From Leucoraja erinacea (Eukaryota): a stretch of DNA of 64,000 bases. Positions 23,865 through 36,689 of this stretch are shown piece by piece; within the stretch, counting starts at the first letter, position 1; each line of letters opens with the position of its first letter. Position numbers and translations under genes: made by a program. The stretch lies in contig NC_073391.1 of assembly GCF_028641065.1 (NCBI RefSeq), forward strand, positions 24,490,001 through 24,554,000, given 5' to 3'. Under the pieces are notes generated by a model, which did no database searches, was not told the origin of the DNA, and saw nothing but the letters and a program-made list of their open reading frames with translations.

Positions 23865-26087
23865 TTGGAGAAGGCTTGGAAAATACAGAAGATCAGGCAC
23901 TGGAGAAATAGGGTCAATGATTCAGGTTTAAGACATTTTATCAGAGCAACATAAAATGACATAAAATGCTCCCTTTTCCACAGGTATTGTCTGACCTGTT
24001 GAATATTGCTGCCATTCTCCGTTTTTATATCAGATTTCCAAAAATCTCAACTTGACTTGGCTTGACTAATCAATGGTTCAATGAATGGTCCTTTATTGTC
24101 ACATGGACCTAGATACGGTGAAATTCTTTGTTTTGTATACAATTCAGTAGACTCACACTGTAGATAAACACTTTCATAAATAAGTACAAAAGTACAAAAG
24201 ATTTCACTGAGGCAGTATACAAAGAGTCACCATGTTTCCAATGCCAATTTGTGACTAAGTTTTTTAAAGTATAAAGCCATATTTTGGCCTTAAATCCCCG
24301 TTGTCCCGTAGACGGCACTGGATCGATGTTGCTGGGTTCAGCCTGGCCTGGCAATGCTGTCAATGTCCTCCACTGCTGCTCTGCTGTTCAGCATTAGAAA
24401 AAAATTGTGATACTCAAAACATTTCATGTTGATGGAGAGTCATTAACAACAAAGTCTGAGCAACTGCAAAGTGAGGATGCTTTTGAAATGGTGTGCAGGG
24501 CAAAAGCAGAGCGAACTGAACTGCAGGCTTTTGGGACGCTTCAGAAGCGACAAGTAATCAGTAGAAATTAGCGAAATCGTGGAGTCATAGATATTCGCGG
24601 CACAGGAAGAATCCATCTGGTCTATTCTGACTGTGTTGGCTGAGAAAAAGGGGAATCTGACCAAATCTCCCCTCTCTCATTCACAGCCTTATGGGTCATA
24701 TCAAGAGGTCATCAAGATACTTGTAATTCTGTACAGAGTTTCTGATTTCACCAACCTTTCAGGTGTTATGTTATAGATATGGTTTGTTATACAACTAGAC
24801 GCATTTATGTTTCTGTCTTTGATCTACTGCAAGCAATAGTCATGCCTTCCTCATTCCAAGATCTGCCTTGGTCTGTTCTATCAGCTGGTCCAGAGCCTCA
24901 ACTCTATCATTTGCTCTCAGAGATATCTCCACCCTTATACTTTACTGCTCACCAATATATCCACCATACCTGTCGTTATAGCCCATCCCCCATTATCTCA
25001 CACTTAATTACTTCCATGGTACTTCCACCAGCAGTAACACCACAAATTCATCACCAGCAAAGAACCCGTAGTCATCGTTTAGTAAAGCGAGTATCAAAGA
25101 TGACGGATTCAATCAAACATCCCTTATTGAAGATGAACAACATCCAACCACCAGCAATGGTTAATACACATTCCACAGTCATGCTATATTTCACGCATGG
25201 TTTTTGAGGGTATACATAAACTAAATATATTCTGTATCGCAAAACGTCTCCAGCTGGGGTTATCGCTGTGGCCTAACGATTGATATATTGCAAATCTGGC
25301 ATGATTTTTCTGCTCTGATATTTTATACCACAGCCAATAATAGAAACATCGTGTACACCTTTTCAACACATTCTGGCACCTTTGGGGATGCGTAGTCATG
25401 CACTTTGAGATCCTTGATCAACTTCCACTGTTATGTATTACCTTGACAATTTAAATATATCAATTTCGGACATATTTAAATACAAGGTGGTGTCTTCAAG
25501 TTATTTATGTCAAGAACATTCAGATTTGTACAACCATATTTTACTCCTGATAATTATCATATTGAGATAGGGAGCTAGTTGCCAACAGCATGTGATATTT
25601 TTTTCTGGTTCGATAGAGCAGACAGTTAATCAGGTCCTATAAAAGTAATGCACAGACAGATACGGAGAGTGAGATAAAATAATGTGACCTATGCATTTAC
25701 ATAATCGCAAACAGTACTGGCATTCTTTGCTCGGAAGAACAGCAATTTCATTACCTGGAAACTAAACGGTGATGGTAATCTGTTAGTCATTTAATTTGGA
25801 TCAAAATACTTTAAGTTTAATAAACATTGAGTAATGCTATGAATCATTAGTAAAGTGATGGATGCTGCCATTGACAGTACTATAAGCAGCACTTACTCAT
25901 TGATAATAGATGCCTAGAATGAGTTTTGCCAAGACCACTTAGTTTCAGGTCTCTTCACAGTCTTGGGCTAGACGTTCTATAGGGAGGTGAGGTTGAGTGT
26001 CTTTAAAACCAAGACAATATTTGACGAAGTGCGGAATCAAGGCACCCTGGTGAAACTGGTCAATGGACATCAAAGGGCTCCCATGGC

Positions 26088-27176
26088 TCCTTGATTTGCC
26101 TTCAGGAGGGCTCACGGCAGCGGGTATGAGCCGACGTGCTAGACGGGAGTTGCCTGGCTTTTACCGCGACCTCCAGGAATTTGGTCGCCTTCAGCCAGGG
26201 CGCTGCTCCTCAGGGGGAGGGGGGTGTTGTGGCTGCGAGGGTGACCGGTCCTCACCCTGTCACGGTGGGTGTCGAGCAATTCCGGCTGGGCTTACCCTCG
26301 CTCCGTCGGAATTGTTCATAGGACCCATGGCCCGGGTCCTTCTCCGAGAGCAGGCCCCACGTAACATGAGCCGCCTCTCCGAGATGCCCAGGGTGCCGTT
26401 CTGCGATGCGGAGATACGCGAGTTGTACAGGCTGCTCCAGCACAATCTCCACTTCCTCGCCCTCGTCTTCCATCCGGACACGCCCTGGCGGTCCGTGTTA
26501 CCACCTGACAATGGGAGCAGTCCCCAGTGGAGGTCTCTCTATAAGGGAGTCCTCCCCCTTTACACCGGGGACCTGGGGTGGAGAGTGTTGCACAAAGCCG
26601 TGGCCTGTAACAGGTACTTGAGCCGGTTCACGGACTTGTCCGCCGCCTGTCACTTCTGTGGGGACGAGGAGTCTGTGCACCATTTGTACATGCAGTGTGA
26701 GAGGTTGCCGCCCCTGTTCGAGTATCTGAAGGGGCTGCTCCTCAAGTTTTGGCTCCACTTCAGTCTGACACTATTGATTTTTGGGCACCCGGTGCAGAGG
26801 GGGGAGGGTCGGGAGGAAGGAGGGGGTCTCCCTGTCGGTCTGCTCCAGGGCCTGGCCAAGATGGCCATTCACGGGTCCAGGCAGCGGGCAGTCGACGGCC
26901 ACACAGGGGTCGATTGTTGCCCCTTTTCCGGGGTTACGTCAGTGCCCGCGTGTGCCTGGAGAGGGAACACGCTGTGTCCACGGGGACGCTGGAGGCTTTT
27001 CACGAACGCTATTCGCCGCGGGAGGTCGATTGTATTATAGATAAGGATGGCAGGATTTTAATTTGAATTTTTTGTCTTTGTTTGTAAACTGCCGATACAG
27101 GCAGTATTTGATATGAATAATATACTACTTTGTATGTTGATCTTGTTTTTTAAATAAAGTATTTGTAAAAAAAAAA
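26088..27176 (+). mobile_element. Tx1-type (L1 clade) LINE 3' end
   Basis: ORF2 C-terminal zinc knuckle (WRVLH...CHFCGDEESVHHLYMQC), a frameshift near 26820, a T-rich 3' UTR, AATAAA and poly(A). Confidence 0.88.
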
Positions 27177-27348
27177 TGGCTGCGCCATACTTGGAAGGGT
27201 AGTAATTGCTGGAGGTTAATAATTCTTACTCCAGGTCATTAGTTCCAAGCAATGATCTTCCTTTTACCATAAGATCCGAAGTGGATATGTTTGGTGATGA
27301 CTGCACAATGTTCCTTTCCTTTCACAACTCCTCAGCAAACAAAATGTA

Positions 27349-27885
27349 CGGTTAACCCATGTTATAGTGGAAACAAGAAGCCGGGGGGGGGGGGAGGTGT
27401 GTGGGGTGTGGGGGGGGGGGGGGGGGGGGGGGGGTGGTGTCCGTTATTGCCAATCGTCCTCCATAACTGAGTAAGAGGTTATAAGAGATTATCATTTTAT
27501 AAGTAATAGAAACCAACTGCTGCGGTTATTGGTTGATACACATAAGGGTACAAAGTGCTGGAGTAACGGTCAGGCAACATCTCTGGAGAGCATGGATAGG
27601 TGACATTTTTGGTTGGGTCACTACTTGGTTTTTGGTCACAAGCTGGGTGAATTAACCTCACCGGCCTGCTGGCAGCCGAGGGAGAGACGAGGATTGGCAA
27701 AGTCAATGAACATGGCCCGCAGGTGGCCTGAATGCTGGTAAGGGTCATTGTGGTGATGGTGGTGGTGGCAGAAGGCACGGCTTGGAAGCGGGTGGGGAGG
27801 TGATGCGAGCCGGCGGTGGTGTGGGCAGCCGTCCGCTATAGATGAAATCCATTATAAAGAGGTCTGTTAAAATGAGGTTTTACTG
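27349..27885. mobile_element. Tc1/pogo (Tigger-like) non-autonomous element with a nested Penelope pLTR fragment
   Basis: TA|CGGTTAACCC...GAGGTTTTACTG|TA degenerate TIRs. pLTR-like piece at ~27500-27625. Confidence 0.55.
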
Positions 27886-30462
27886 TACCCGTGCATAACA
27901 AAACTCAGGTGACATTTAAAAATAAATTGGGAAACAACATGGATGAGAAACAAAGTGACCTGGCTTATGGTATGAGTGCATCTTTACTGTTGAAAAAAAT
28001 TTGTTCATTCACTCAGATTTTGTTTCCGTGCTGAAAGGATACTACAGATTGACTGGTATACACTGAAAGATAGAGGCAAACAAATGCAAAAGAGTAACTC
28101 AGTGGATCACTGGCAAGCATCACAATTTTGGATGGAAAAGGAACTACAGATTCTGGTATACACCAAAGATAGAGGTAAAATGCAAGAGTAACCAGTGAAT
28201 CAGGCAGCATCACTGGATGAAAAGCATGGGTGACGTTTTGGGTTGGGACCCTTCTTCAGACTCACACCTTCAATCTCTGCTTTAAAAATATCCATCCAAG
28301 GCCATCTGTGGCAATGAATTCCACACATTCACCACTCTCTGGCAGAAGAAATTCCTCCTCATCACTATTCTAAATGTACGTCCTATTCTGAGGCTGCGCC
28401 CTCTCGTCCTAGACTCTCCCATTAGGCGCATTCTTCGTTACGTGTGTGACCAAAAATATGAAAAATTATGGAATACATTTCTAATTCTTAAAGCATTACA
28501 GGTATATTGTTTTGTACTGTATATATGATTCATAATTGGAATGAATAAGATAAATCTCTTACAAGATTTGTTTTAATGTATTTATGTGATGCAATCTGGT
28601 CACGTGTGTGACATTTTGGTTCACTTTCCAAAGACTGGCTCATTAATGGAACTGGCTCATTATGGAGAAATAAATCTCCATTACTTTCTCCAGGTCTTTC
28701 ATTATTTGGTAAGTTTCCACTTGTCCCCTCTCCCTCACATTCCCCACCACCCCCCACCCCTCCTACCACCCCACCTCACCTATCTAAATAGTGAGGTCAA
28801 GTGAGCAACTAACAGCACTTGGCGCATCTGCCTGTCTCAATGTGAGCCTGCATCACATGGATGGAAGTGCTGAGAACAATTACACCATGCAGGCTTCTGC
28901 TCTGACTGGAAATAGGACCACAGCCCATAAGATCCCGAGTCCTGACACCTACTATTTAGCTTGCATTTCCACTCCCATTGCTTCATCTCTACCTTCTGTG
29001 TGCCCTTAACCCTCAATCCCTGACCGTCTCGGATCCTACTGAAGATCCTGCTACAGGAGGAGGGGTTGAAATTCTCTTCCACTGGGTGAGGAAGAAGTTA
29101 ACATCAGAGAGGTGTAATTATACCAGTCTATTCCCTTTCGATAAATCTCCATTACAACTCAGGTCTGCTTTCTGTGGGAGACCAACAATCAAAAGTGTTT
29201 TAACTCTGGAGTGAAACACCTGTGCATGTCTCTGACTTATTCTCCGCCAGACACTGGTTGGAGCATAAGATCTGCGCCCATATAGAGAGGAGAAGTTAAA
29301 AAGGAAGCCTGAGATTCACTTCATCTCACTTGCATTTCCTCAGTCAAATGATGACATAAGTTAGGGCAGATGCTGGAATCCAGTGCATTCGACAGTGTTG
29401 CAGTAATTCAGGGATTTAGGCAACAACTCTGGTGGACATGGATGTTTCAGATCAAGATCCTTCTTCGGTTCCTTTCTCCTTGAAACGTTGGTAAAACTTA
29501 ATGATAAAACCTGGTATCGTTGAAATAATTCTTCCCTCAGGTATGAACCACGTCAGAGAAATAATGAAAACTTATTAAACCTGTAAAATAATTGTCCACT
29601 GCTGAGATGTTGGAGTGGTGACAGACTGGGGCCAGTCTCCTTAATCAATGCAGAGGAAAATGGAGCTGAGGCCAAGATCAGACAAGCTATTGAGACACAA
29701 GATGCTGGAATCTTGAACCAAAAACAAATTGCTGGTGGAACTCAGCAGTTCAGGCAGTGTCCGTGGATGGAAATGGGCATAACATAGAACCTAGAATGGT
29801 ACGGCACAAGAACAGGCCATTTGGCCCACAACGTGTGTGCTGAATATGATGCTAAAGTAAACTAATCTTCTTTGCCTGCATGTGATCCACATCCTCCTGC
29901 ATATTCATTTGTTTATCTAAAAGCCTCTTAAATGCCACTTTCATCTCTGCCTCCACCACCACTCCTGGCTGCATGTTCCAGGCACTCAGTATCCCCGGTG
30001 TAAATAAACTTACCTTAAACTTTGCCCCTTTTGCCTTAAAGTAATGCCCTCTAGTCTTTGACATTTGCAGTCAATGCTTTTATGCTAAGACTCTTCATAT
30101 CAGGCATGACATTGAATGGCAAAGACTCAAAAGATCATAGGGCTTGCGCTGATTCCTATTCCCTATGTTATTACTAAATTTTATGGAATAATGGAAGCAG
30201 AGATAATGAATAATGTTAGGAATTAATTCAATACATTCTTGATAAGCAAAGAGGTGAAAGGCTATTGTGGTCAGACTGGAATATGATGAGGTTACAATCT
30301 GATCAGCCATGATCTTATTGAATGGGTGGAGGATGTATGAAAGGGTTTCCTGAGTTTGGGTCACATGTTCGCATATTTGTATATAATTGTGATTTGCAAA
30401 GTTAGGTTGGATGTGGTGTTTTGATTTTGCTAATGGAGGAGGACTCAGCCTTACGACCTTGG

Positions 30463-30845
30463 GACGGCACTGTAACGCAGTGGTAGAGCGGCAGAAACCA
30501 TTTACGGAGTTTTATGTTCTCCCCGTGACCGCATGGGTTTTCTCCGGGTGCTCCAGTTTCCTCCCACATTCCAAAGATGTGGGGTAGTGCTAGGGTAGTG
30601 CTAATGTACGGGGATCGCTGGTTGACACAGACTGTCGGTCGGTTGAGCACGTGCCGGCGAGAACAAAGAGGGACCCGGGACTATATTGAATACTTTTGTA
30701 ACTTTGTTGGTGCCCTATACGTACTTGTGTATTGAATGCAAAACAAAGAATTTTACAGCACCAGGGCACATGTGACAATAAAGTATCAATCAATCAAACT
30801 TGGTGTGCTGAAGGGTCTGTTTCCGTGCTGTATCTCTAAGCTAAA
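30463..30845 (+). mobile_element. V-SINE with an internal deletion and a nested ~160-bp retroelement tail (~30637-30795)
   Basis: SINE head and tail are separated by a segment ending gtgacaataaagt(atca)n. Confidence 0.7.
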
Positions 30846-32121
30846 CAGACGCTAGCACTAAATGAGCAATAATGCATATTCCATGTCGCAGTTGTTCAAT
30901 TCTGCGTTATTGTCCAACATGAAGTGGCTTCTGCTATTTTTTTCTGATCGTCCTCCGAGTGCTGCAATTATACAAACTCATTCTCCTGCCTGTTCAGCTC
31001 ATCAAACCACAGAATGCAAAATGGCAAGAATATTGTCCTGATACATGCTCAGCCTGCGCCAATTATGCAACTGCATCCTTTATGCTCTTCACTTCATTTG
31101 CCTGCCAACTCGATATTGCTTTGAATATTTTTGCAGCCAACAGCAAGCTTTTGTGCTCCCATTCAAAATGGGAAAAGAATAAATCTTGGTGGATTGCATC
31201 GGGTTGGCAATGTGATGAACATTTCCATGTCACAGTTTAACATTGTTACAGCTCTCTTAAAGGTTATTTGCTCCTGGGATTATTGTAGATACTGTTAAAA
31301 GAGGGGAATTTGTGCAAGAGCAAGTTCTTTCACTCAGCATTCCTCTCTTGTATCTATAATTGTAAACCCAGGCATTATTCCATTAATGTATTGTACCAAC
31401 TATTATAAATACTTTATCAGGGAGCCTTGAAAACTGTGTAGCCATGACGCAGGTGAATAGGAGTTAAAGATGCAAACAATTTGTCTGTAAAAAGAGAGGT
31501 TTTTACATTTTGTATAGGTTTCTCAGTCTGCTAACAAGTCCTGAGACTAATAGAGCTGAAACAAAATATTGCCGATGCCTTTGTGGTAAATTCCTACAGT
31601 ATTTAAATAAAAGCTAACTTAGAAAAGGAACTATAAATTAAACTCTCATGGGAACACTTCTTGTTCCATTTGGGGGGGGGGGGGGGGGGGGGGGGGGGTA
31701 TATATAATCTATGACCACTCATTGCTGCCAATGCTCCGGTAGTTATTTCTGTGTTTCAGTATCTACCCCTGCCTCAGACTTTGTCTCTAAATTTTCTTCT
31801 TGCTTTTTTTCTCCACCTTTCTCTCCCTTTTCTCCCTTTTTTTCCCCCTTTGCAATTAGGCGGCACAGCGGTAGAGTTGCTGCCTTACGATTAAATTCAG
31901 GTAGAAGTTGAACTCAAGATTTAAATCCCCTGAAAGTTAGGTTTCTTAACACAGGATAGATGTTCTGCCAGAACGGAGTTGCTGAATAAAATTGTCTCCC
32001 GTTTTCCTCCGTTTCTTGTATGACCTCGGCTTGCCAGCTTTATTTTACACTCTGTGATCTGTGTAATGTATTTAAGTGTAAAATAATAAACTGACCAAGA
32101 AGGTCCAGTGTTCTCTCCTGT

Positions 32122-32429
32122 TAGTTTTAGTTTAGTTTAGAGCTACAGAGCGGAAACAGGCCCTTTCGGACCACCGGGTCCGCGCCGACCAGTGATCCCC
32201 GCACACTAACACGATCCTACACCCACTATGGTCATTTTTACATTCACCAAGCCAATTAACCTACAAACCTGTACGTCTTTGGAGTGTGGGAGGATCTTGG
32301 AGAAAACCCACGCAGGTCAGGGGGGGAACTTACAAACTCAGTACGGACAGCACCCGTAGTCGGGATCAAACCCGGGTCTCCGACGTTGCATTCGCTGTCA
32401 GGCAGCAACTCTACCGCTGCACCACCGTG
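32122..32429 (-). mobile_element. V-SINE (HE1-like), CpG-rich young copy
   Basis: Reverse complement of the SINE consensus with an (actaa)n tail. Confidence 0.88.
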
Positions 32430-32508
32430 AATTAAGGCCTGTTTTAAGTATCAAATAGAGGAGCTGGACTGCAACTCATTCTGATTCAGTATTGAAAGTT
32501 ATTCAATT

Positions 32509-33119
32509 TCAGAACTTAAAAAAACTAGGCTGGATCTCGGCCACACACTCGCTGCCATTGTGCAGCAAGGAGGCAGTGGCGACGCGCCGGGCGCTTGAGG
32601 TGGTGTCTTGGGCAATTTGATAAAGTTCGGGATCAGCAGAGCCACGGATCATCATCGGCGGGTTGAGATATTCCAGGGCTGCCCCGGTGGTATGCCAGCG
32701 GAGCTTGCTTATGTGGCTGCCATTAATCTCCATAATCAGGTCCCGAATGCCCGCAGTACTTGGTTGCTGCGGTACGTTTGCAGTTCAACATGTCCATACA
32801 GCGTGCAGAACCAATCTACAATGGCCATTCATTGGCCTTGCCTTCGCAGCGCCAATCGCTCATTAGATTCGCCTTGTAGGGCATTCAGACCGTTGGAAAG
32901 TCCATGCAAACAGGTGGGTTCTGTACATCCATCTTCGTAGGGCATGCCCGCGGCGAAATTCGCCCACCCCATCTCCCTCCCTGGCATTGCGCTAATTCCC
33001 TCCAAAGGCCAGCAGTTTGGGATGAAGAGGAAGTCTCTCTTCGGTGTGACATGTTCTCCGAGTTGCACCAACATACTGCTGGTGCTGCAAACCAGAGTGA
33101 AACAGGGAGGGAGCCTCAT
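32509..33119 (-). pseudogene. Unassigned decayed coding-like segment
   Basis: Two minus-strand ORFs (32829-33119 and 32509-32733) can be bridged by one stop and one frameshift. Third positions are C/G-rich. No recognised family. Confidence 0.35.
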
Positions 33120-33396
33120 TGCTTAACGCCAAAGTTTAGATATAGAACTCACGTTTCTCTCTGCTTCATGTACGTGGGAATTCCCTCAGTATGGCCACTT
33201 TTCCCACGGCCCACCCGGTGTTAACCCTTCCCATCAATGCTTGAGTCCCCATCTTCGCTCTGTACCTTCAGCTTCATCAGCGGCTCTCTCCCATAGAAAG
33301 TATCCAAGTTAATTTCAGACCCCTATATCCATCCATCCATTCATTCATTTTCCATTAAGATCTGACTAATCTTCAACTTTTCACTTCTGGCACTCA

Positions 33397-33710
33397 GGGG
33401 CCAAACCCACGAGTTACTCACGAGTCACTACGGTAAACTCACGGGCGACTACGGTATTACAACGAGTTTAAAACTTTCAAATTTTTCCTTCAAGAGTAAA
33501 TTTGACTCGTGGAAATCTTTCAACATGTTGAAAATTTTTCACGAGTTAACAAGTTTCCCGAGTCCCTGCCGTTAGCGTTACGAGTCGCTAAGTTACGTCC
33601 ACGAGTTCTGACATTCCCGCTACGTTAATTCTACCTGATTACCCCGAGTTTGATTTGTTTTTAACTCGGGATCACTCGTGTGTGGACTCTCACCGTGAGA
33701 CAGGGATTTA
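33397..33710. mobile_element. Harbinger-like non-autonomous DNA element remnant
   Basis: Repeated cacgag/ctcgtg subterminal motifs in both orientations. Right end is ccgtgagacagggattta; the left TIR is not clear. Confidence 0.45.
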
Positions 33711-33831
33711 ACTCAGCGAGGCAGGCAGCATCTCTGTAGAGAAAGAATGGGTGACGTTGCGTTTGAGACCCTTCTTCAGGCTGCACGCTGCATGTTTCTA
33801 CACCACAGGTTCTGACTCTCCTGTGACACAC

Positions 33832-33918
33832 AGAGGGGGAGGGAGAGGGAGAGGGAGAGGGAGAGAGGGAGAGGGAGTTAGGGAGAGGGAGTTAGGGAGA
33901 GGGAGAGGGAGAGGGAGA
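33832..33918. repeat. (GAGAGG)n purine microsatellite
   Basis: Directly visible. Confidence 0.9.
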
Positions 33919-34230
33919 GTTAAGACTGAAGCATGCCTTAATCTGCTCCTGTTGCACAAATGATATACCAACCAAAGTGTCACCAATGTGTTTTGATAAT
34001 CCCTACAGAGACGCTCTCAACCATGTCCCTCACCACAGAAAACCTCATGGGTCGTGAAGCAAAAAATGTGCCATGAAATGGCCAGGAACACAGTTACAGT
34101 ATCAAGTTCACTGGGTTCATTAATAATCCTTCATGTAGTGTGTCAGTAAAACCAGTGATAACTGCATCAATACTAACCCAATGCAGTGTTTAAAAAAGAT
34201 TTTCAAGAGTTTTTAAATGTTTTTTTCCAT

Positions 34231-34250
34231 TCTCCACAAGAGGGCAATGT
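34231..34250 (+). promoter_or_regulatory. CTCF-like motif
   Basis: TCTCCACAAGAGGGCAATGT resembles the CTCF core. Motif match only. Confidence 0.4.
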
Positions 34251-34564
34251 ATTGCGCTTTCCCATATTCACACTTAGAATTCTTGCTACAAGAGAACGGA
34301 AACAAAGAAGGGAATGCAGGGCCTGCAGAGGAGATGGGGGATGGGGGCAGGGAGGGCAGGCAGGCACGGTGGTGCAGCAATTAGTGCTGCTGCTGTTTCA
34401 CAGCTCCATCGACCCTGGTTTGAACCTGATATCCGGTGTTACCTGGGTAGAATCAGTGCATTCTACCTGTGTTTAGTTTAATTTAATTTAGAGAAACAGC
34501 ATGGAAACAGGCCCTTCGGCCCACCTAGTCCATGCCAACCATCAATCGCTCGTTTGCATTAGTT

Positions 34565-36688
34565 AGAAACGTAGAAATTAGGTGCAGGGGTAGGCCATTC
34601 GGCCCTTCGCGCCTGCACCGCCATTCAATATGATCATGGCTCATCATCCAACTCAGTATCCCGTACCTGCCTTCTCTCCATACCCCCTGATCCCCTTAGC
34701 CACAAGGGCCACATCTAACTCCCTCTTAAATATAGCCAATGAACTGGCCTCAACTACCCTCTGTGGCAGAGAATTCCAGAGATTCACCACTCTCTGTGTG
34801 AAAAAGTTCTTCTCATCTCGGTTTTAAAGGAATTCCCCCTTATCCTTAAGCTGTGACCCCTTGTCCTGGACTTCCCTAACATCGGGAACAATCTTCCTGC
34901 ATCTAGCCTGTCCAACCCCTTAAGGATTTTGTAAGTTTCTATAAGATCCCCTCTGAATCTCCTAAATTCTAGAGAGTATAAACCAAGTCTATCCAGTTTT
35001 CTTCATAAGACAGTCCTGACATCCCAGGAATCAGTCTGGTGAACCGTCTCTGCACTCCCTCTATGGCAATAATGTCCTTCCTCAGATTTGGAGACCAAAA
35101 CTGTACGCAATACTTCAGGTGTGGTCTCACCAAGACCCTGTACAACTGCAGTAGAACCTCCCTGCTCCTATACTCAAATCCTTTTTGCAATGAAAGCTAA
35201 CATACCATTCGCTTTCTTTACTGCCTGCTGCACCTGCATGCCTACCTTCAATGACTGGTGTACCATGACACCCAGGTCTCGCTGCATCTCCCCCTTTCCC
35301 AATCGGCCACCATTTAGATAATAGTCTGCTTTCCCCGTTTTTGCCACCAAAATGGATAACCTCACATTTATCCACATTATACTGCATCTGCCAAACATTT
35401 GCCCACTCACCCAGCCTATCCAAGTCACCTTGCAGTCTCCTAGCATCCTGCTCACAGCTAACACTGCCCCCCAGCTTAGTGTCATCCGCAAACTTGGAGA
35501 TATTGCCTTCAATTCCCTCATCCAGATCATTAATATATATTGTAAATAGCTGGGGCCCCAGTACTGAGCCTTGCGGTACCCCACTAGTCACTGCCTGTCA
35601 TTGTGAAAAGGACCCGTTTACTCCTACTCTTTGCTTCCTGTTTGCCAGCCAGTTCTCTATCCACATCAATACTGAACCCCCAATGCCTTGTGCTTTAAGT
35701 TTGTATACTAATCTCTTATGTGGGACCATGTCGAAAGCCTTCTGGAAGTCCAGATACACCACATCCACTGGTTCTCCCCTTTCCACGCTACTAGTTACAT
35801 CCTCGAAAAATTCTATAAGGTTCGTCAGACATGATTTACCTTTCGTAAATCCATGCTGACTTTGTCCAATGATTTCACCACTTTCCAAATGTGCTGCTAT
35901 CCCATCTTTAATAACTGACTCTAGCAGTTTCCCCACTACCGATGTTAGACTAACTGGTCTGTAATTCCCCATTTTCTCTCTCTCCCTCCCTTCTTAAAAA
36001 GTGGGGTTACGTTTGCTACCCGCCAATCTTCAGGAACTACTCCAGAATCTAAAGAGTTTTGAAAGATTATTACTAATGCATCCACTATTTCTGGAGCTAC
36101 TTCCTTAAGTACTCTGGGATGCAGCCTATCTGGCCCTGGGGATTTATCGGCCTTTAATCCATTCAATTTACCCAACACCACTTCCTGGCTAACCTGGATT
36201 TCACTCAATTCCTCCAACTCCTTTGACCCGCGGTCCCCTGCTATTTCCGGCAAATTATTTATGTCTTCCTTAGTGAAGACGAAACCAAAGTAGTTATTCA
36301 ATTGGTCCGCCATATCCTTGTTCCCCATGATCAACTCACCCGTTTCTGACTGCAAGGGACCTACATTTGTTTTAACTAATCTCTTTCCTTTCACATATCT
36401 ATAAAAACTTTTGCAGTCAGTTTTTATGTTCCCTTTCATAATCTATTTTCCCTTTCCTAATTAAGCCCTTTGTCCTCCTCTGCTGGTCTTTGAATTTCTC
36501 CCAGTCCTCTGGTATGCTGCTTTTTTTCTGGCTAATTTGTACGCATCATCCTTCGCTTTGATACTATCCCTGATTTCCCTTGTTATCGAATGGATGTACT
36601 ACCTTCCCTGATTTATTCTTTTGCCAAACTGGTATGAACAATTTTTGTAGTTCATCCATGCAGTCATTAAATGTCTTCCATTGCATAT
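34565..36688 (-). mobile_element. CR1/HER1 LINE, 5'-truncated, with frameshifted RT
   Basis: Consecutive ORF pieces KSPGPD...GNYRPVSLTSVVGK...YLDFQKAFD...[10 protein letters not shown]...FADD...LVRPHL, plus 3' UTR. Confidence 0.95.
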
Positions 36689-36689
36689 C

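Noticed and set aside
32516-32530. TTAAAAAAACTAGG resembling a negative-strand RNA virus gene junction
   Set aside because: It is a single short match, on the strand opposite the coding-like frame, and likely chance.
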